From positions 2,165 through 66,164 of the forward strand of contig JBFWJK010000001.1 of the NCBI GenBank assembly GCA_050253255.1: a stretch of 64,000 bases of DNA. The letters run 5' to 3'. Positions 58,128 through 64,000 of the stretch are shown here, piece by piece (position 1 is the first letter of the stretch; every line of letters starts with the position of its first letter). The translations under genes and the position numbers were made by a program. A model generated the notes under the pieces. That model did not search any database, was not told the DNA's origin, and saw nothing but the letters and a program-made list of their open reading frames with translations. This DNA comes from Desulfobacteraceae bacterium. GTDB taxonomy: Bacteria > Desulfobacterota > Desulfobacteria > Desulfobacterales > JACKCP01.

Positions 58128-59297
58128 ATGTGTTCAGATAATAATTTTGACGATCCTGGTGCAATGCTGCTTCACGGCCCGCGCACCAGGGCCTTTATTA
58201 CAGGAAGTGAAGCTGTCTGCGAGGCTGTGAAACGTGCCTGTGTTGACATGGCAATTGCTTATCCCATTACTCCCCAGTCAGAGAGTATGCATCTGATCGG
58301 TGATCTGTATGCAAAGGGTTATATAAAAGACTATTACAGGGCTGAAAATGAATTTGCGGTAATGGCCGCAGTTCACGGTGCAGCTCTTGGGGGCGGAAGG
58401 GTATTTACGGCAACAAGCGGACCCGGAACGCTCAGGGCCATGGAAATGTTTCCTGTCTGGGCAGGAGCAAGGCAGCCCATAGTCTGTGCATTCATGTGCC
58501 GGGGTGTTTCTCTTCCTCCTTCAATTCAGCCTGAAAATATTGAAATGGGAATGCTTCTGGATACAGGAATGCTCATGTTCCACGCAGAAAACGGTCAGGA
58601 TTTTCATGACATGATTCTGCAGGCCTATCTTATTGCGGAACAGACAGATGTTCACCTTCCTGCAGGTGTTTTTGCAGACGGCTTTTTTGTAACCCATACA
58701 AGAGAAGAAATGATGCTTCCTCCGGAAGACTTCAGGCTTTTGCCCTATGATTCAAATCTTGCTCCGGTTCCAACCTTTGATATGGAAACTCCGCCTATGC
58801 GAATTACAAGAGATCCTCTGCTTAACAAAAGCAATTTCATAAGCAGCAGTGCCAATGCAAGCTGGCATCAGGAGATTCTTGCTGCGGCAGAAAGGGCAAG
58901 AAAGCATATAAGGCGTTTCATGGGAGGACTTATTGAAGTTGAAAATCCAGGTTCAAAGGTATTTATCGCTGCTTCAGGAACAGCTGTTTCACAGTCAAGG
59001 GAAGCCATCCGTATTCTTCAAGGAGAAGGAATTGATGCAGGGCTTATCAAGATAAAATCCATTCGTCCTTTTCCTGAACAGGAACTCAAGGATGCAGTTG
59101 AAGGAGCAGATCACATAATAGTTCCGGAATTCAATGCCGGAGGCTGGCTTGCAAGGGAGATCAGGGCCTCTCTGGATCGAAATACCAGAGTAACAGCCGG
59201 GCCAAGGGTTTTCGGGGGTATGACCATGCCTCCCTGGCTGATTGCAGATGAAGTTAAATCGGCTATTCAGGCCGCACAGTTAAAGGGAGGGAACTGA
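58128..59297 (+). CDS. 2-oxoacid:ferredoxin oxidoreductase alpha subunit, second paralogue
   Basis: 389 aa, co-linear with the 55131-56270 product (by eye roughly two thirds identical, e.g. DMAIAYPITPQSESMHL, GVFADGFFVTHTR). AGGAG RBS. Confidence 0.9.
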   Translation: MCSDNNFDDPGAMLLHGPRTRAFITGSEAVCEAVKRACVDMAIAYPITPQSESMHLIGDLYAKGYIKDYYRAENEFAVMAAVHGAALGGGRVFTATSGPGTLRAMEMFPVWAGARQPIVCAFMCRGVSLPPSIQPENIEMGMLLDTGMLMFHAENGQDFHDMILQAYLIAEQTDVHLPAGVFADGFFVTHTREEMMLPPEDFRLLPYDSNLAPVPTFDMETPPMRITRDPLLNKSNFISSSANASWHQEILAAAERARKHIRRFMGGLIEVENPGSKVFIAASGTAVSQSREAIRILQGEGIDAGLIKIKSIRPFPEQELKDAVEGADHIIVPEFNAGGWLAREIRASLDRNTRVTAGPRVFGGMTMPPWLIADEVKSAIQAAQLKGGN

Positions 59298-59893
59298 TAA
59301 TGTCAAAAAAAATAATAACTCCGGTCCCTTCTCTGGCAGATATTCTGCCTGATGATTACAAGGCTCTTGTATCAGACGGTCCACACGGCAGATCTCTTGG
59401 AGTCAAAGATCTTGGAAGCTTCAAGGAAATTACCGAGGAACACCCCCACTGTGCAGGATGCGGTGTGTCCTTAGGTGTGCGTCTTTGTCTGGCTTCACTT
59501 CCTTTACCTGAGGATACAATAGTTGTCGGCACTCCAGGGTGCTCATTTTTTGCATTGTCACAGTCTGCTCTGAATTATTCAAATACTGCTTTCGGCAATC
59601 AGAACTCGGTTGCATCAGGTCTTAAGCGAATGCTGAAGATCCGCTATCCGGAAAGAATAAAGGACGTTGTTGTCATTGCCGGAGACGGAGGCATAGCTGA
59701 TATCGGTCTTGACATGACCCTTCATTCCTGGCTGAGAAAAGAAAATATTACAACCATAATGCTTGATAATGAGGTTTACGGAAATACCGGCGGTCAGGAA
59801 AGCGGAATGTCACCCCATGGTCAGGTTCTGAACATGGCTCCAAAGGGTAAAAACTTTGAAAAGATTCCCATGTTTGAAATGGCAAAGACATCT

Positions 59894-59902
59894 GGCTGCG
59901 CC
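59894..59902. repeat. Left copy of the 9-bp target-site duplication GGCTGCGCC
   Basis: Identical 9-mer immediately flanks both IS ends (59894-59902 and 62320-62328). Confidence 0.85.
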
Positions 59903-62319
59903 CTGCCCTTTACCCACAATTTTTTACTCAGGGATATTCTTTCAAGGAATATCCCTCGCACATAATCTGTAAAAGATTATAGCCTTTCCAAATTAGTTGA
60001 TGTCCAACTGGAGGATCACTTTTCCTGTTCAAATATCCTCCAAGTTTTCCCACCATAACTACCATTTCACCAAGGCTGACAGGTTTTTTTAAGTTTTTTT
60101 TTGAGCATAACCTTGAAGTACTTTTATTTCAATATCGGAAAATAATATTTCAGGTGAAAGCTCCGGAGTTTGCCTTCCCAAAAGAGTCATGAGCATAATT
60201 CGCCAGGCAACTACAATATTTATTGCAATAGCTCTTTTTAATCTTGCTGCTTTTTTCATTGAAAGCTCTTCGATTTTACAACCTGATTTTAAAACTCTAT
60301 GCCAATCTTCAATACGCCATCTCAAACAATACCATTTTATGCATTCCAATGCTGTTTCTGGAGATTCTATATTAATTGTTGTCAATAAAAACCATTCTAC
60401 AGGGTCAATATTTTCAGGTGGATTTTCTTCCCTTAAATGTATTGCCCAAAGTTCTACAGATGTTTTACTTTTGCTGTATGACGGTGGTTTTAAGCTTATT
60501 TTTTCAAAACTTACCAATGCTTTTGCTGTTCGTCTTTCTTTTTTGGGTTTTGCCTTTTGAGTTCCTCTTCTTAATCTCTGACTTTGACGAGGTATCTCTA
60601 TTTCAATGGAAGTTGATGCTGGGGTATTTCTTAATTTATCAAAAAGTTTATTATCTCCATTTATTTTTCTGTCAAAGGCAGCTCTTACAAGCAAATCAAT
60701 TTTAATGCATTCATTTCTATGAGTATCAAAAAGTTCATAAAAATCTCCTTCTCTATCCATTACATTAACCAAAGCTGTTTCAGGAGTAAGTTTTTTTATT
60801 GACATGCAGTCACGGATGCCTTTTATCCATGAAAATATTTTTTTTGTTTCTATGGAACTGTTTCTTTCTTCATTTTTAGTTCTTTTTATTTTTTGGATTT
60901 TTGGCGATGTTATTTCTGAGCTTAATATCCCAAGAGGTAGTCCATCAGTTGTCACTGCCATGGTTGAATGCATGTGAAAGCCTTTTGTAACGGCTTTTGT
61001 CTGATTTTTGCCGATTTCTCCAAGTCCGGTGCAGTTATTGAGATTATCATAATTAATTTTGGTTCCGTCCTGAATACACAAAACGGTTTTTTGAGCTTTA
61101 ATTCTTTGGATTGTTCTTGTTCTGTGAGGCTTTAATATATTTTCAACTGAAACTGCTGAATCATCTGGTTTGTCAATCAACCTGTAAAAACCTTTTACTT
61201 TTTTCCAGTCCCCTCCAACACATGCACTGTATGAAGCAGAGGGGTTTTTGTATATTTCTTCAGCAGCCTGAATAAGTCTTTCATCCAGGCGTTTATCTCC
61301 AATATCTACTCCTGAAAATTCCTCTTTTGCCCAGTCTTCAACATTAAAGGATTCAATAGGCAGGGGCTGTAAATATTGAGGTGCCTTTGTACCAAATTTT
61401 TCCCTGAAAAAATCATCAAGCTTGTAAATATAAATATCTTTGATTGTCTCTTTGTATTCGCATAATGAATCCTGACGGCCCCGGCCTTTTGTTTTTCCAA
61501 CAAGCTCCCAGTTTGCAGCTTTGTAGCAAGTTCCTGAATGGCTTGTTGTATCAACAAAACTTTCAAGAAGTAATGGTCTGTAATTGTATTTTTTATAAAA
61601 ATCTTCAGGAAACTGCCTTACTGCCATTCCAAGAATATGGGAGGCCAGATTTTTACATTTTACACACGGCCTGATTAAAAATCTGCTTAAATTAACAATA
61701 TAATGAAGTAATGTCTGACGCTTTGGCCAATCCCAGCCAACCCATTTATCTCTGTCTTCAACATGTAAAGCAGCAGAGCTGAAAGCAAGGCCTCCAAGAC
61801 ATCCATGGTCTGAACTTATGAGATACTTTATCTGTCTGCCTACAAGGTGACCTGCTTTTCTGGGATGTTCGTTTATCATCAGCTCATTCCAGATACACCT
61901 TTGCTCAGTGGTTTCTACAGGAATTAATTTGAGACTTTTTATTTTGCCTGCTGTATCAGGCACATTCTGAGGTTCAGGCACACTTTTGTCCAAACGAAGA
62001 TTTACTTTCTCTGTTTTATTAGTTTTTGGCTTGAAATTGTAAAAAGTTTCCAGACCAGCCTGCTTTTCAATCGTTGACAGAGCTTTTATGCAGCCGGCTG
62101 CCTGCATTTTACCCGCAGGATCAAAAAAATTATACTCCTTACAGAGATAATGTGCTAATTTAGCTCTGCTTTTCCCATGTTCTGTTTTAAGAAGCTCTTT
62201 TATGTGAGCAATAACTTTAGCCTGTGATAATGTTTTTTTGATTTCATTTTGTTTTTTCATAATCACAGATTAAATTATTTTTTTTACACAGTCCAGACTT
62301 TTTTTGGGGTAAAGGGCAG
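59903..62319 (-). mobile_element. IS4-family (Tn5/IS50-like) insertion sequence, 2417 bp
   Basis: Terminal inverted repeats: CTGCCCTTTACCC at 59903-59915 and its reverse complement at 62307-62319 (13/13, with partial extension). A 9-bp TSD as for IS50-type elements. One transposase gene fills the element. Confidence 0.88.
60089..62266 (-). CDS. Tn5-like DDE transposase with ~310-aa N-terminal extra domain; C-terminus in the -1 frame
   Basis: aa ~310-725 are co-linear with recalled Tn5 Tnp (WAKEEFSGVDIGDKRLDERL..., YCLRWRIEDWHRVLKSGCKIEE = YREK region). The ORF stops right after an A9 run. The -1 frame continues 57 codons to TGA at 59928-59930 and encodes the conserved ...GKLGGYLNRKSDPPVGHQLIWKGYNLLQ tail. 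Confidence 0.85.
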   Translation of the reverse strand: MIMKKQNEIKKTLSQAKVIAHIKELLKTEHGKSRAKLAHYLCKEYNFFDPAGKMQAAGCIKALSTIEKQAGLETFYNFKPKTNKTEKVNLRLDKSVPEPQNVPDTAGKIKSLKLIPVETTEQRCIWNELMINEHPRKAGHLVGRQIKYLISSDHGCLGGLAFSSAALHVEDRDKWVGWDWPKRQTLLHYIVNLSRFLIRPCVKCKNLASHILGMAVRQFPEDFYKKYNYRPLLLESFVDTTSHSGTCYKAANWELVGKTKGRGRQDSLCEYKETIKDIYIYKLDDFFREKFGTKAPQYLQPLPIESFNVEDWAKEEFSGVDIGDKRLDERLIQAAEEIYKNPSASYSACVGGDWKKVKGFYRLIDKPDDSAVSVENILKPHRTRTIQRIKAQKTVLCIQDGTKINYDNLNNCTGLGEIGKNQTKAVTKGFHMHSTMAVTTDGLPLGILSSEITSPKIQKIKRTKNEERNSSIETKKIFSWIKGIRDCMSIKKLTPETALVNVMDREGDFYELFDTHRNECIKIDLLVRAAFDRKINGDNKLFDKLRNTPASTSIEIEIPRQSQRLRRGTQKAKPKKERRTAKALVSFEKISLKPPSYSKSKTSVELWAIHLREENPPENIDPVEWFLLTTINIESPETALECIKWYCLRWRIEDWHRVLKSGCKIEELSMKKAARLKRAIAINIVVAWRIMLMTLLGRQTPELSPEILFSDIEIKVLQGYAQKKT

Positions 62320-62328
62320 GGCTGCGCC
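62320..62328. repeat. Right copy of the 9-bp target-site duplication GGCTGCGCC
   Basis: See the left copy at 59894-59902. Confidence 0.85.
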
Positions 62329-62613
62329 TACGGAGCCAGAGTAACCATTGCAGATTCAAAAAAACTTGGCGATGCTGTCTGTAAAGCGGTTTTGATTGCA
62401 AGGGAAATTGGACCGACCTATGTTCAGATATTTACACCCTGCCCCACAAATATGAAGTTTGATCCTTCAGACACCATAAAAGTTGCACGTGAAGCAAAAA
62501 ATGGGGCCTATGCTTTTGAGGAGTTTGTTTCTGATGAGGCTGGTAAGTTTTTGAAATCTGTAAATGCTGAAGAGAAAACTGCATAGGATAAGAATTTTCA
62601 AATAAAATATTTG

Positions 62614-62684
62614 ACCTAAATTGAGCGTTTCATATTTTGAAAGTAACAAATACTCAATGAATCAAGCTTATTATATTTAAAAAT
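62614..62684 (+). repeat. Copy c of the recurring intergenic element (orphan copy)
   Basis: ACCTAAATTGAGCGTTTCATATTTT... has 55/71 identities with 26141-26211. It lies 28 nt after the interrupted beta gene's stop, and no tracked ORF follows on either strand. Confidence 0.55.
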
Positions 62685-62873
62685 ATGAAACCCTGTGTTC
62701 TTTCCAATTTTGCTGCATCTATGGCGTTAAATTGCATCACGCATAGTAAAAGTATAGCCTGATACAATTGTCGTTATATGCAGCAAACTTGAAAATCGCT
62801 CCATTCAGGTTTGATTATAGGCTTTTTTGTCAAAATACTGTTATGTCCCCTTCAACAAGTGAAGGGGGGTAAT

Positions 62874-63935
62874 CTATTTGTCAGAATTATTCTTATGTTC
62901 AAGCTCTTTTAGCATACGGTCAAAGTCGCTTTCAAATAGCCGATCCTGAATGATCCTGTATTTTTCAAATTCACTTTCCGCGTGTGCCCTGGCAATTTCT
63001 GCTGTGACCTTGCCTGCATCCTGTAATATTTCTCTGTCAGTTGCTTCAATGAACTTATTCAGTCTGATTTCCCAATCCTCCATGGTCATAGGTATTTGTC
63101 TTATCGCCATATCTTCTGCAATGTCCAGATAGGCAGAGACAAGTCGCTGGAGTTGTGCCATTTCGCTTTGGGATAGATAATTTTTGGCTATGCAGACATC
63201 AAATTTTTGAATTTTACCCTTTGGAGCATCTTTCCATGTGGTCAGTCCCATATTTTTTTTCTGATGGTCAGCTCTGTCTAAAATCATTTCAGCAGCTGTC
63301 TGACCATGAATTGCCCAGTGCAATTTGTTTTGAACAGTTGCAAAAAAACGCTTTGTTGCCCGGGCAGTTACATCATAATCAATGGATGTGGCATAAATAT
63401 CTGTGATTTTTTGATAAAATTTCCGTTCACTCAGCCGTATTTCCCGAATACGTTCAAGCTGTTCTTCAAAATATTTTTTACCAAGGATAGTGCCGTCATT
63501 TTTAAGACGTTCATCATCCATGGTATAGCCTTTAATGGTAAATTCCTGAATAATATGGGTTGCCCATTTACGGAATTGAACAGCTCGTTCAGAATTGACT
63601 TTATAGCCAACCGCAATAATTGCTGAAAGATTATAGTGCTTTGTATTGTAATTTTTACCATCTGAGGCAGTTATCCGAAAATTTCGGATAACTGAATTAT
63701 CTTCAAGCTCGCTGTCACTGAAAATTTTTTTTAGGTGATAATTAATGGTTCTAACATCAATATTATAAAGGACTGCCATCATTTTCTGAGTAAGCCAGAT
63801 ATTTTCATCTGCATAAACAGCCTCAACACCTCCTTCGCCACTTGCCGCTATAAAAGTCAGATATTCTGCTGCAGAGGAGCGGGGATTTATTATATTTTTT
63901 TTAAAGGAGTTTTGTATCTCATTATTTTTCTTCAT
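62874..63935 (-). CDS. RhuM-family virulence-associated protein
   Basis: 353 aa. AEYLTF...VYADENIWLTQKMMAVLYNIDVRTINYHLKKIF...NYNTKHYNLSAIIAVGYKVNSERAVQFRKWAT matches my recollection of the RhuM family. Confidence 0.8.
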   Translation of the reverse strand: MKKNNEIQNSFKKNIINPRSSAAEYLTFIAASGEGGVEAVYADENIWLTQKMMAVLYNIDVRTINYHLKKIFSDSELEDNSVIRNFRITASDGKNYNTKHYNLSAIIAVGYKVNSERAVQFRKWATHIIQEFTIKGYTMDDERLKNDGTILGKKYFEEQLERIREIRLSERKFYQKITDIYATSIDYDVTARATKRFFATVQNKLHWAIHGQTAAEMILDRADHQKKNMGLTTWKDAPKGKIQKFDVCIAKNYLSQSEMAQLQRLVSAYLDIAEDMAIRQIPMTMEDWEIRLNKFIEATDREILQDAGKVTAEIARAHAESEFEKYRIIQDRLFESDFDRMLKELEHKNNSDK

Positions 63936-64000
63936 TGAATCTCCTGTTTTATACTTCCTCTGGATTATTGCCTGAAAAATAAGAGCAAAATTTTTCCAAC

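Larger units (their letters stand above)
59300..62586 (+). pseudogene. Second OFOR beta subunit gene, interrupted by an IS element
   Basis: The 5' part (59300 to ~59902) and the 3' part (62320-62586) are in the same frame. Removing 59903-62319 plus one 9-bp duplicate gives ...AKTSGCAYGARVTIADSKKLGDAVCKAVLIAREIGPTYVQIFTPCPTN..., co-linear with the intact beta (HTSGCDYVAAVSPAKPKQLAKAVRRAILVARKIGPTYVQIFSPCPTN). Confidence 0.88.

Noticed and set aside
62685-62762. 25-codon ORF (MKPCVLSNFAASMALNCITHSKSIA) after element copy c
   Set aside because: It has no Shine-Dalgarno sequence and no recognisable family. It is too short to support from sequence alone.
1-64000. tRNA, rRNA, tmRNA genes and CRISPR arrays
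   Set aside because: Reading both strands, I saw no T-loop/acceptor-type signatures (e.g. GGTTCGAATCC-like), no rRNA-like conserved blocks and no regularly spaced direct repeats.

Overview
The window is AT-rich, with a gene set that looks anaerobic and Desulfobacterota-like (a guess from gene content only). About 51.5 kb is housekeeping chromosome and the last ~12.5 kb is a compositionally distinct accessory block.

Core part:
- galU, ilvE, queD-dnaJ, ubiE, nadB, asnS, cheY.
- A replication/translation neighbourhood that is all on the + strand: two in-frame RdgC-like ORFs, dnaN, gyrB, an MCP, prmA, a fused TIGR03960/DUF2344-type radical-SAM gene overlapping rng, then rpmH-rnpA-yidD-yidC-jag-mnmE. 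dnaA and recF are absent.
- Several signalling genes: two PilZ, a receiver-HDOD protein, a cNMP-binding protein.
- A 1075-aa PHP (EndoQ-like)/UvrD-helicase fusion.
- A YrbL-kinase-like plus divergent crotonase pair.
- An oadG/oadB-like membrane decarboxylase pair with a crotonase but no carboxyltransferase or biotin carrier.

Accessory part (from ~51.6 kb), where GC rises visibly:
- A divergent LysR regulator faces a tightly coupled purE-purK, an unknown ~194-aa ORF, and 2-oxoacid:ferredoxin oxidoreductase alpha-beta-gamma-delta genes.
- A second alpha-beta pair follows. Its beta gene is cleanly split by a 2417-bp Tn5/IS50-like IS with 13-bp terminal inverted repeats and a 9-bp target duplication.
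- The transposase carries an extra ~310-aa N-terminal domain. It needs a -1 shift at an A9 run to reach its conserved C-terminus.
- A RhuM-family gene ends the window.

Other signals are a ~50-70 nt intergenic element present three times and a 16-bp perfect palindrome present twice. I saw no rRNA, tRNA or CRISPR array. All homology calls come from reading the translations from memory. No searches were run.
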